Shown here piece after piece: positions 28,642 to 37,754 of a stretch of DNA of 40,790 nucleotides. Position numbers and translations under genes: made by a program. The DNA lies in contig CAUZTZ010000002.1 of the NCBI GenBank assembly GCA_963582805.1, positions 1-40,790 on the forward strand, in the 5' to 3' direction. Every line of letters starts with the position of its first letter. The first letter of the stretch is position 1. The notes beneath the pieces are model-generated. The model ran no database searches. It was not told the DNA's origin and worked only from the letters and a program-made list of their open reading frames with translations. Origin of the DNA: Alphaproteobacteria bacterium. GTDB lineage: Bacteria > Pseudomonadota > Alphaproteobacteria > Rhodospirillales > UBA2165.

Positions 28642-28685
28642 GCGGCCAAGGCGCTCTAGTTGCGCCGCAAGGCCCCGGAAATCAC

Positions 28686-28713
28686 TTGACAGCAATGCCC
28701 GGCGCGCTATGGT
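28686..28713 (+). promoter_or_regulatory. Candidate sigma-70-type promoter for rpmG
   Basis: TTGACA (28686-28691), a 16-nt spacer, then TATGGT (28708-28713), about 70 nt upstream of the rpmG ATG. Confidence 0.35.
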
Positions 28714-28783
28714 GCGCCGGCTTGAAAACCGGATCACCCGGCGCGCAAAGCTGCGGCGATTGCATGAATACGGAATTTAGAAA

Positions 28784-28951
28784 ATGGCAAAATCATCCAC
28801 CTTGCTGATCAAACTGGTCAGCACCGCCGATACCGGGTTTTACTACGTGACCAAGAAAAACCCGCGCACCCAGACCGAAAAGCTGGAATTCCGCAAATAT
28901 GATCCGGTGGCGCGCAAACACGTGCTGTTCAGAGAAGGCAAAATCAAATAA
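28784..28951 (+). CDS. rpmG: 50S ribosomal protein L33
   Basis: 55-aa ORF absent from the track because it is under 60 aa. Sequence [55 protein letters not shown] closely matches bacterial L33. Confidence 0.93.
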   Translation: MAKSSTLLIKLVSTADTGFYYVTKKNPRTQTEKLEFRKYDPVARKHVLFREGKIK

Positions 28952-29079
28952 ACCGCGCCTGACCGGCGGCTGTCCAGGCCGCTGCAATTTCCAAAATATC
29001 TATATCACCCGGTCAAGCTGTACCGCGCCCTGCCGGCGAGCCTCGGCGGCCCCATCGGGCTGGCCTATTACCACAGGTT

Positions 29080-29100
29080 TAGCGCGGACTGGGCCCGCTA
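29080..29100. terminator. Weak hairpin between convergent rpmG and divK (possible bidirectional terminator)
   Basis: tagcgcgg-actggg-cccgcta forms a 7-bp stem with one bulge. There is no clear U-tract on either strand. Confidence 0.25.
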
Positions 29101-29134
29101 ATGACGCGTTTGAAATTTTAGAAGTTGATGCCGG

Positions 29135-29500
29135 CTAGTTCAAAAAACCGGCGACCGTTTCGAGGAATGTGGGCACCGAGATGGGCTTGGATATGTAGCC
29201 GTCGCATCCGCCTTCCATGATTTTTTCCTCATCGCCCTTCATGGCGAAGGCGGTGACCGCGATAACCGGTATCGATTTAAGCTCGTCCTTCTGCTTGATC
29301 ATGCGGGTAATCTCGAGCCCGGAGATTTTCGGCAGCTGGATATCCATCAAAATCAGGTCCGGGTGATGCTCTTCGGTCATATCCATGGCCTCGGCGCCAT
29401 CCTTGGTCTGCAATGTATCATAGCCATGAGCCTGGAGCAGATCGTTGAACAGCTTCATATTCAGCTCGTTGTCTTCGACAATTAAAATCGTTTTCGGCAT
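29135..29500 (-). CDS. divK: Single-domain CheY-like response regulator, DivK-type
   Basis: ORF 29135..29545. The ATG at 29500 has GGAG 8 nt upstream. The sequence is near-collinear with Caulobacter DivK as I recall it ([44 protein letters not shown]). Confidence 0.82.
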   Translation of the reverse strand: MPKTILIVEDNELNMKLFNDLLQAHGYDTLQTKDGAEAMDMTEEHHPDLILMDIQLPKISGLEITRMIKQKDELKSIPVIAVTAFAMKGDEEKIMEGGCDGYISKPISVPTFLETVAGFLN

Positions 29501-29571
29501 TACAAACTCCAGTAATTCGGGTCGCTTCCGTGAACCCGTTATCATTAATTACGGTGCATTCCCCACTCTAC

Positions 29572-29598
29572 TCTAAAAGATTGGGCCTAGGAGCCCAA
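29572..29598 (-). terminator. Intrinsic terminator candidate after the Crp/Fnr-family gene
   Basis: On the minus strand, TTGGGC-TCCTAG-GCCCAA (29598-29581) is followed by TCTTTTAGAG. It lies 28 nt after the stop at 29626. Confidence 0.45.
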
Positions 29599-29625
29599 TT
29601 TCAAGCCTTTTGTTTGGTTGCAGGC

Positions 29626-30330
29626 CTAAAATCCGCGCACCTCCTCGACCATTTGCTCCAATCGGTCAAAATCGCACACCAATAGCGCATTTTTCTCCCG
29701 TTTCAGGATGCCCATTTTGGTCAATTCGCTGACCACGCGGGCCACCGTTTCCCGGGTGGTGCTGGCCCGGCTGGCCATTTCACCATGCACCGGTATGGGC
29801 TGGATGGTGGCGATATTGTCTTGGCGCTTGGCGTTCCTGGCCTGGCGCAACAATTCGCCGTGAACCCGGTTGTTGGCGCCCAAGCTCGACAGATCGACAA
29901 TGCGTTCCGTCGAGGCGCGGATAATGGCGGCCATATTGCGCAGCACCCGGAGCGACAATTGCGGATAATTATGGATCAGCTTCAAGAAGCGTTCCGGCGA
30001 CATTTTGGCGATGTAGGAAGCTTCGATGGCAATCACGCTCGACGACCGGGGGCGGCCGTCAAAGGCGGCCAATTCGCCAAAATAGTCGCCTTCACGCAAA
30101 TCGTCGAGGGCGACCTCCTTGCCCTGCACGGTAAAATTGACGATGCGCACGCGCCCCTGGGTGATGAAATAGACATCCCGGCTTTCGTCCAATTGATCGA
30201 GAATCTGCTCGCCCGCCGCAAACCGGCGCCAGCGGCACGACATTTCGAAATCCCGGCGCTCGTCGCCGGTCAAGTCGGCGAGCGCGTGGATGTTCGACAG
30301 ATCATGCTGCTTCGGTATCGCCAAAACCAA
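29626..30330 (-). CDS. Crp/Fnr family transcriptional regulator (cNMP-binding domain plus C-terminal HTH)
   Basis: 234-aa ORF with a cNMP-binding beta-roll (GDYFGELAAFDG.PRSSSV) and an HTH (TRETVARVVSELTKMGIL). No N-terminal Cys cluster is present, so it is not a classical O2-sensing FNR. The start is an apparent TTG and is uncertain. Confidence 0.82.
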   Translation of the reverse strand: MVLAIPKQHDLSNIHALADLTGDERRDFEMSCRWRRFAAGEQILDQLDESRDVYFITQGRVRIVNFTVQGKEVALDDLREGDYFGELAAFDGRPRSSSVIAIEASYIAKMSPERFLKLIHNYPQLSLRVLRNMAAIIRASTERIVDLSSLGANNRVHGELLRQARNAKRQDNIATIQPIPVHGEMASRASTTRETVARVVSELTKMGILKREKNALLVCDFDRLEQMVEEVRGF

Positions 30331-30510
30331 CCCCTTTTAAGCGGACCCAGGCCCCATGTTATCGCCCCATGGTTAAAAAATCGAGCCTTTGATCCAAGCG
30401 GACCCGGCAACCAAATGGTTGTTTTCATGCGCTTTTTCCATAGCCCTACTTGCCCGTCCCCGCCCGGCAAACTATGGTCGCGCCAGCCGAGGCGCAATGG
30501 TGCAACGAAT

Positions 30511-31488
30511 ATGAGCGAACACCAACCGGATATTGAGGCTGGCGTGATTGCTGCCGTGGTGCCGTGCTACCGGGAGCGCGCGTCGATCCTCGGCGTCCTT
30601 AAAAAAATCGGTCCCGAAGTCAGCCATATCATCGTTGTCGATGACGCCTGCCCCGACGGCACCGGCGAGCGGGTCCGATCCGAATGCGCTGATCCCCGCG
30701 TATTGGTGCTAACCCACGAGGCCAATCAGGGCGTCGGCGGCGCCACCTTGTCGGGCTACGCCAAAGCCATCGAGCTGGGCGCCGATATTATCGTCAAGCT
30801 GGACGGCGACGGCCAGATGAACCCGGAAATGATAGCGCGGCTGGTGCGCCCGATCCTGGAGGGGCGCGCCGATTACGCCAAGGGCAACCGGTTTTTCCGG
30901 CTGCAAGGCATTTCCGGCATGCCCAAGATGCGCCTTGTGGGCAATGTGATCCTGTCATTTGCGTCCAAGGTTTCCAGCGGCTATTGGAAGATATTCGATC
31001 CCACCAATGGATTTACCGCGATCCATGTGAAGCTCGCCAAAATCCTGCCGCTGGATCAAATCGACAAGAGCTTTTTCTTCGAATCCGACATGCTGTACCA
31101 CCTCAACGTCAACCGCGCCGTGGTCGCCGATGTCCCCATCGATGCCATCTATGGCAACGAAACCAGCCACCTGAAAATCTCCCGGATATTGCTCCCGTTT
31201 GCCTGGAAGCATATGAATAATCTGCTCAAGCGATTGATAATAAACTATCTTTTTCGGGATTTCAGCTTCGCCTCGGTGCAGTTGCTGGTCGGCATGGTGC
31301 TCATCGCCTTCGGCACCATCTTTGGCGGCATCAATTGGTATGAAAGCGTCAGCACCGGCATCGTCGCGGTTACCGGCGTCATTGTACTGGCCGCGCTGAC
31401 CTTTTCCTTCGGCGCCATCCTGTTGCTTGGATTTTTGAACCACGACATCCAGAACCAGCCGCAACGCCCGCTCTATCCGGACCTCTGA
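30511..31488 (+). CDS. Family 2 glycosyltransferase, GtrB/ArnC-like polyprenyl-phosphate sugar transferase with two C-terminal TM helices
   Basis: The real gene is the 3' part of ORF 29785..31488, starting at the ATG at 30511; the upstream part is antisense to the Crp/Fnr gene. It has the motifs AVVPCYRE, VVDDACPDGT and KLDGDGQ, plus a hydrophobic C-terminus. Confidence 0.82.
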   Translation: MSEHQPDIEAGVIAAVVPCYRERASILGVLKKIGPEVSHIIVVDDACPDGTGERVRSECADPRVLVLTHEANQGVGGATLSGYAKAIELGADIIVKLDGDGQMNPEMIARLVRPILEGRADYAKGNRFFRLQGISGMPKMRLVGNVILSFASKVSSGYWKIFDPTNGFTAIHVKLAKILPLDQIDKSFFFESDMLYHLNVNRAVVADVPIDAIYGNETSHLKISRILLPFAWKHMNNLLKRLIINYLFRDFSFASVQLLVGMVLIAFGTIFGGINWYESVSTGIVAVTGVIVLAALTFSFGAILLLGFLNHDIQNQPQRPLYPDL

Positions 31489-31605
31489 GGCGGCGCCCGG
31501 CATTGCCGCCCATGTCTCGCGCTTAATGTCTCGCGCTTATTGACTTCGCGGCCAATGCTCACCATCATTAAGCCGAGCGTACCCTCAATGCGGAGCAACC
31601 AGAAT

Positions 31606-32211
31606 ATGCGGTCCGGCCCGATAGTATCGTTAGGCTTTTTGCTGGCCGTCTTAGGGATCGGCCTGGCATTGCCGGTCGCGCCGGCCACGGCGGCGGAAGG
31701 CACCGTGAATGCGGTGTCCTACAAACAGATTCCAAGCGGCCAGCCGATGGCCGTGCAGGCGTGGGATAATTCGGACGAAAACCTGGAATTGGCGAAGGAA
31801 TTTACCGCCATCCTCATCGCCCAAGGCTTTCGCGTCGCCGATGATGCGCCGCTGGTCATTTCCTTCACCACCCGCGATGTTTTGGGATATTGGTCTGCCG
31901 GCAAGCGCCGCCATTTGTTGGAGGTGGAAGGCCACGGCGGGCGCACCGGCGGCGAAAATGCCCGGGTCATGCTGAACCTTTATTCCAGCCAGGGCGGCGT
32001 GCTCAACAAGGGCAAGGAGCCGGGCAATGTGGTGCCGTCGAAATATATGCTCGAAGTGACCCTCGACCAGCGCAAGGGAGAGCGGTTGTGGCAGGGCGAG
32101 GCAACCGCCGCGCTTCTGCGCACCGATGGGTTTTCCCTGTTGCGGGCGATGCTGCCGGCGCTGCTCAATCACATGGGCCAGACGGTACGCCGCAAAACGG
32201 TAAAATTCTGA
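31606..32211 (+). CDS. Hypothetical exported protein
   Basis: ORF 31540..32211. The ATG at 31606 has GGAG about 10 nt upstream; 31588 is an alternative start. It has the signal peptide MRSGPIVSLGFLLAVLGIGLALPVAPATAAEG. No motif recognised. Confidence 0.5.
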   Translation: MRSGPIVSLGFLLAVLGIGLALPVAPATAAEGTVNAVSYKQIPSGQPMAVQAWDNSDENLELAKEFTAILIAQGFRVADDAPLVISFTTRDVLGYWSAGKRRHLLEVEGHGGRTGGENARVMLNLYSSQGGVLNKGKEPGNVVPSKYMLEVTLDQRKGERLWQGEATAALLRTDGFSLLRAMLPALLNHMGQTVRRKTVKF

Positions 32212-32336
32212 CCGCACCACGAAATCGGGCAAGTTCAGACTTGGAGCCGGGGCCAATTCGCGCTAAAACGGCGTTCTGTTCCGCAAACTTTGCATGCCGC
32301 CCAGGCGGTACGATCCAACGGATATAGGCGCCTCTG

Positions 32337-33506
32337 ATGAACGGCAAGATTCACCCCGCATTGCTTCCGGCTGGATTGCAGGACACGCTGCCTCCCGACG
32401 CCGAGTTTGAAAGCGCCGTCACCGAAGGGCTGATCGCGGCATTCGCTGCGCACGGCTACGAGCGGGTCAAACCGCCGCTGATCGAGTTTGAGGAAAATCT
32501 CATCAGCGGCAGCGGGGCGGCGACCGCGGCGCAGACCTTCCGCCTGATGGACCCGGTCTCGCAGCGCATGCTTGGGCTGCGCGCCGACATGACCTTGCAG
32601 ATCGCGCGCATCGCCACCACCCGGCTGGCCGATCTGCCGCGCCCGTTGCGCCTCTCCTATGCGGGACAGGTGCTGCGCGTGGTTGGATCAGCGCTGCGCC
32701 CGGAGCGGCAATTCGGCCAGGTGGGCGCCGAATTGATCGGTTCCGCGTCCTGCCGCGCCGATGCCGAGGTGATATTAATGGCGGCTAATGCCTTGAAATC
32801 ATTGGGCGTATCTGGCCTATCCATCGATCTGGGCCTGCCCTTGCTGGTGTCCGAGGCCATCAACGCCGCCGGGCTTGATCACGAAGACGGCCGCGCCGCC
32901 CTCGACGCCGCGCTTCGCCAAAAAGATGCCGCCGCCATCGCCGCTATCGACGGCGTCGACGCCGATTTGTTCGCCGCTATTTTGGATGCCACCGGCCCCG
33001 CCGAAGCGTCGCTTGAACGGCTGCGCGCCCTTGCCCTGCCGGCTGGGGCCAAAGTTCAAATCGAAAGCCAGATCGAGGGATTGGCCGAGGTGATGGCGGC
33101 GATCAAATCGGACGCGCCGGATTTGAAACTGACCATCGATCCGGTGGAAATGCGCGGCTACGAATATCACGAGGGGGTCACCTTTTCCATTTTCGCCGTC
33201 AATCTGCGCGGCGAGCTGGGCCGCGGCGGGCGCTACCGGTCCGGCGGCAGCGGCGACGGCGGCGACGGCGAGCCGTCGACCGGATTTACCTTGTTCGTCG
33301 ATACCCTGTTGCGGGCCTTACCGAAACCGTCCCACCGGGACAAGATTTATTTGCCGGCCGCCGCCACATTGGACGATGCGATAAAATTGCGCGCCGATGG
33401 CTGGGCCACCATCCAGGCCATGGATGCCGACGACGGCCGCGCCGAGGCCTTGCGCCTTGGCTGTACACATATTTACGAGGGCGGCACCGCTCATGCCCTC
33501 AAATAG
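32337..33506 (+). CDS. hisZ: ATP phosphoribosyltransferase regulatory subunit (HisRS paralogue)
   Basis: 389-aa ORF with a class II aaRS-like core (PPLIEFEE, FRLMDP, LRADMT, GRYD-like GGRYR). It sits immediately upstream of purA, as is common in alphaproteobacteria. Confidence 0.85.
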   Translation: MNGKIHPALLPAGLQDTLPPDAEFESAVTEGLIAAFAAHGYERVKPPLIEFEENLISGSGAATAAQTFRLMDPVSQRMLGLRADMTLQIARIATTRLADLPRPLRLSYAGQVLRVVGSALRPERQFGQVGAELIGSASCRADAEVILMAANALKSLGVSGLSIDLGLPLLVSEAINAAGLDHEDGRAALDAALRQKDAAAIAAIDGVDADLFAAILDATGPAEASLERLRALALPAGAKVQIESQIEGLAEVMAAIKSDAPDLKLTIDPVEMRGYEYHEGVTFSIFAVNLRGELGRGGRYRSGGSGDGGDGEPSTGFTLFVDTLLRALPKPSHRDKIYLPAAATLDDAIKLRADGWATIQAMDADDGRAEALRLGCTHIYEGGTAHALK

Positions 33507-33512
33507 GACTGA

Positions 33513-34820
<1,308 letters not shown>

Positions 34821-34926
34821 TTTTTTATCAAAAAACGGCTTTATCCTGTTATTAATGTTGTTGCCTTTAAAAGTACGGCACAATTCCCGAAGAGGGCATG
34901 CCGCCGTCTTTCGAAGATGAGGTTCC

Positions 34927-37143
34927 ATGGCCGAAGCACCGCCAGAACTGGACACCATGGCCACTGATACGGATGCCGCGCCGGAGCCGCCGGCCGAGGC
35001 TGCGCCGGAGCCATCGGCCGAGGCTGCGCCGGAGCCATCGGACGATGTTGCGCCCGATGCGGGCGAAGATGCCGCACCGGACGTGGACATCGCCGGCGAC
35101 GGGCTGGCCACGCCCATAATATCCACGGATGATTTTACTCCGGAAATCTCATTTCCCGGCGAGCCGGTGGTCATCAACGAACGTTTTGAGGTTTTCCCCG
35201 CCAAGCCTCTACCGGAAATGGATTCCCCCTCGGCCCGCGCCTTCGAGGCCGAAGACCGCCTGCAGACGGAAAACCCGGTATTCGCGCTGGTCTGCATGCC
35301 CGAAATTCCAGCCCGCCAGAACGTCATCAATTCGATCGCCGGCGACGATTTGCAGGGCATCATCAAATTGCACGATGCCGGCACCGTCGAATGGACATCG
35401 CTGAACCGCTGGTGTCAGGTTTTGATCCTCGAGCGGCCGCTCGGCGGACGGGTGACGGACGCCTTGGCTTCGGATATGGAAGAATTTCAGAAGGCCGATA
35501 TTGTCCGCGAGGTTCTGCAACAGGGCATGGAAGCCCTGCAATATCTGCAAATCCGCGGCCATGTTCATCGCGCCCTGCGCCCCGACAATTTGTTTTTCCG
35601 CGACGCCGAAAAAGAAAACATCATTCTCGGCGAATTCATGAGCGCCCCGCCCGGCTTTGATCAGCCGCTGGCGTTCGAGACGCCGGAACGCGCCATGGCA
35701 TCGCCGGGCGGACGCGGGCGCGGCGCCTTTTCGGATGACAATTATGCCCTCGGCGCCACCGTCGCCTTTCTTCTTCAGCCCAGCAATCCGGTGGCCGGAC
35801 TAACCGCCGAACAGATCATCCATTCCAAAATCACCCGGTCTTCCTATCAGACCTTGGTCGGCGCCGATCTCCTTACGGCGACCTTGGTCCAGCCGTTGCG
35901 CGGCTTGCTGGAAGACAATGCCCATCAACGCTGGGACTTTGACAGTTTCGAAATGTGGGTCAGCGGGCGCCGCGTTCCAGCCGCGCAGAGCCCGGCGCGG
36001 CAGCGCTCTCCCAGGGCCCTGAAGTTCGGCCCGTTCGAGCATACCGAGCCCCGAAGCCTCGCCTATGCAATGTCGCTGCGTGCCGACACGTCGATCAAGC
36101 TGGTCCGCGACGGGACCTTGGAAACCTGGCTGGCGCGCGGTATCGAAGACCAGGAACTGGCCGAAATGGTTACCGGCGCGATTGCCGAATCGGGCGTAAA
36201 ACACGCGGAAAACCGCGATGCCGATGCGATCCTGATGGCGCATATTCTGCTGATTATGGACCCGACCAGCCCGGTGCAATATAAGGGCGCCCATTTTATG
36301 GCCGATGGATTTGGCAGCGCCCTCGCCACGGAAACCATCCGCGGCGGCAATGTGAAGGATCTGGCCGAGGCGGTGGTTCATCAATTGCCGACCAAATCTT
36401 TCGAATTGCAGGTAGGCGGGCTGGCCGCGTCGATAACCGAAGACCAGTTGTTTCAGGAATTGCGCCTGCATCTTCAAAGAGCCGAGCCCGGCTACGGCGT
36501 GGAGCGGTGCCTGTATCTCTCCAATCCGAGCCTGCCCTGCCGGAGCCCGCTTCTCGGCGGGCGCTATATCGACCATATCGAGGATATTCTGCCCGCCTTG
36601 AACGAGGCCGAGGCGGACGCCGAAGCCAAGCAGCGCCCCTATGACCGCCATCTGGCAGCCTTCCTGGCCAGCCATTTCAGTGGAGACCTCGACGGCTTTC
36701 TGGATGAAGCGGACGATCCCGACGACGCGGCAGCAGTCCTGGCCATCTTGAAAATGTACGCCCGGGTTCAAGCCGTGTTGCAGCTTCCCGAAATGGTTGG
36801 CCTCGCCAAATGGCTTGGCGGGCTTGTGGGCCCGGTGATCCGCCAATATAAAAGCCGGGCGACGCGGCGATTGTTGGAAGCGGAAGTGCCGAAATTGGTC
36901 CACATCGGCTGGCTCGCCGATCTGCTTGCATTGATGAACAATACCGATGCGCGGCTGCGCGATGCCAGCGACTATGCCGACGCCCAGGATGCCTTTCGCG
37001 AAGCCGACGCCGAGATCGAACGTATTGAAGTGAATTCCGATCCCGATTCGGACGCGGTTCAGCGCGGCTCCAAGCAAACCGCGGCGGTACTATCGATTAT
37101 CATCATGTGTATCCTGGTTACCATGATGATCCTGACCAACTGA
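34927..37143 (+). CDS. Hanks-type protein-kinase-like protein with degenerate catalytic motifs (pseudokinase), acidic repeat N-terminus, large C-terminal domain and a terminal hydrophobic anchor
   Basis: 738-aa ORF whose kinase-fold landmarks are in canonical order. The Gly-loop position reads LPEMDSPSARAF. VAIK reads FALVC. HRDLKPEN reads HRALRPDN (35566-35589). DFG reads GEF. APE reads TPE. SDxYSLG reads SDDNYALG. A terminal RW is present. The last ~20 residues, AAVLSIIIMCILVTMMILTN, are hydrophobic. Confidence 0.7.
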   Translation: MAEAPPELDTMATDTDAAPEPPAEAAPEPSAEAAPEPSDDVAPDAGEDAAPDVDIAGDGLATPIISTDDFTPEISFPGEPVVINERFEVFPAKPLPEMDSPSARAFEAEDRLQTENPVFALVCMPEIPARQNVINSIAGDDLQGIIKLHDAGTVEWTSLNRWCQVLILERPLGGRVTDALASDMEEFQKADIVREVLQQGMEALQYLQIRGHVHRALRPDNLFFRDAEKENIILGEFMSAPPGFDQPLAFETPERAMASPGGRGRGAFSDDNYALGATVAFLLQPSNPVAGLTAEQIIHSKITRSSYQTLVGADLLTATLVQPLRGLLEDNAHQRWDFDSFEMWVSGRRVPAAQSPARQRSPRALKFGPFEHTEPRSLAYAMSLRADTSIKLVRDGTLETWLARGIEDQELAEMVTGAIAESGVKHAENRDADAILMAHILLIMDPTSPVQYKGAHFMADGFGSALATETIRGGNVKDLAEAVVHQLPTKSFELQVGGLAASITEDQLFQELRLHLQRAEPGYGVERCLYLSNPSLPCRSPLLGGRYIDHIEDILPALNEAEADAEAKQRPYDRHLAAFLASHFSGDLDGFLDEADDPDDAAAVLAILKMYARVQAVLQLPEMVGLAKWLGGLVGPVIRQYKSRATRRLLEAEVPKLVHIGWLADLLALMNNTDARLRDASDYADAQDAFREADAEIERIEVNSDPDSDAVQRGSKQTAAVLSIIIMCILVTMMILTN
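34975..35094 (+). repeat. In-frame 24-nt tandem repeat (about 5 units) encoding acidic Ala/Pro/Glu octapeptides
   Basis: AAPEPPAE / AAPEPSAE / AAPEPSDD / VAPDAGED / AAPDVDIA. Units 2 and 3 are nearly identical at the nucleotide level (gctgcgccggagccatcgg). Confidence 0.85.
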
Positions 37144-37144
37144 C

Positions 37145-37209
37145 AATGGCGAACTCAAAATGGCGATCTAACGATGGCGAACGGCATATAGCGGGCAGAT
37201 CATGGCAGA
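37145..37209 (+). repeat. ATGGCGA-type heptamer repeated in 14-nt phase in the gap before the 166-aa membrane protein gene
   Basis: aATGGCGAac at 37145, aATGGCGAtc at 37159 and gATGGCGAac at 37173. The start-codon context cATGGCAGat at 37200 lies 28 nt further on. Confidence 0.6.
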
Positions 37210-37702
37210 TGAACCGGTAGCGATTAAAAAAAGGGCTTCGTTTAAGCCGATCCTGTGGGGCTTCATGTTCACGGTCGCCATGGTGTCGTTCCCGGGTCTG
37301 GTCATCTTGGTGATCGTCGGCATGGTGCCCACCATCGTCGCCTTCATGATCGACCGCGCGCCAAAGAAATATGCGGCGTTTTGTGTTGCCGGCATGAATT
37401 TATCCGGCGTGTTTCCGGCGGTGATCGATCTGTGGCAGGGCGCCAACGATATCAAGGCGGCCATGGGCATCATCACCAACGTTTTCGAATTGACCGTGAT
37501 GTATGCCGCCGCCGCCTTTGGCTGGTTGATTTTTATGGCCATACCGCCGGTTGTCGCGGCGCTGATGGCGGTCGCCGCCCAGCAGCGCGTCATGCAGCTG
37601 CGGGCCGGCCAGCGCGAATTGATCAACGAATGGGGCCAGGAGATCGCCCAGGGGCAAGGCGGCGCCATCAATGAAACCGGCGGAAAACCGGCGCCAAGCT
37701 GA
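37202..37702 (+). CDS. Small polytopic inner-membrane protein, function unknown
   Basis: 166-aa ORF 58 nt after the pseudokinase gene on the same strand. It has about 4-5 hydrophobic helices, then a polar Gln/Gly-rich C-terminus. No motif recognised. Confidence 0.6.
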   Translation: MADEPVAIKKRASFKPILWGFMFTVAMVSFPGLVILVIVGMVPTIVAFMIDRAPKKYAAFCVAGMNLSGVFPAVIDLWQGANDIKAAMGIITNVFELTVMYAAAAFGWLIFMAIPPVVAALMAVAAQQRVMQLRAGQRELINEWGQEIAQGQGGAINETGGKPAPS

Positions 37703-37754
37703 CAGCCAACGCGGGGTCCGCCATTTCAAGGGCGGTCACTATGGCGTGTTTGTT

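Noticed and set aside
30339-30405. Direct repeat AAGCGGACCC (30339-30348 and 30396-30405) and a TTGAT half-site (30389-30393) in the Crp/Fnr-GT2 divergent region
   Set aside because: The FNR/CRP-type box is incomplete, with no ATCAA partner at N4. A single 10-nt repeat pair in GC-rich DNA is weak evidence for a binding site.
29785-30510. N-terminal 242-aa extension of the GT2 ORF (the track calls 29785..31488)
   Set aside because: The extension is antisense to the Crp/Fnr gene and crosses the intergenic region. The GT2 homology begins only at the ATG at 30511 (MSEHQPD...VVPCYRE).
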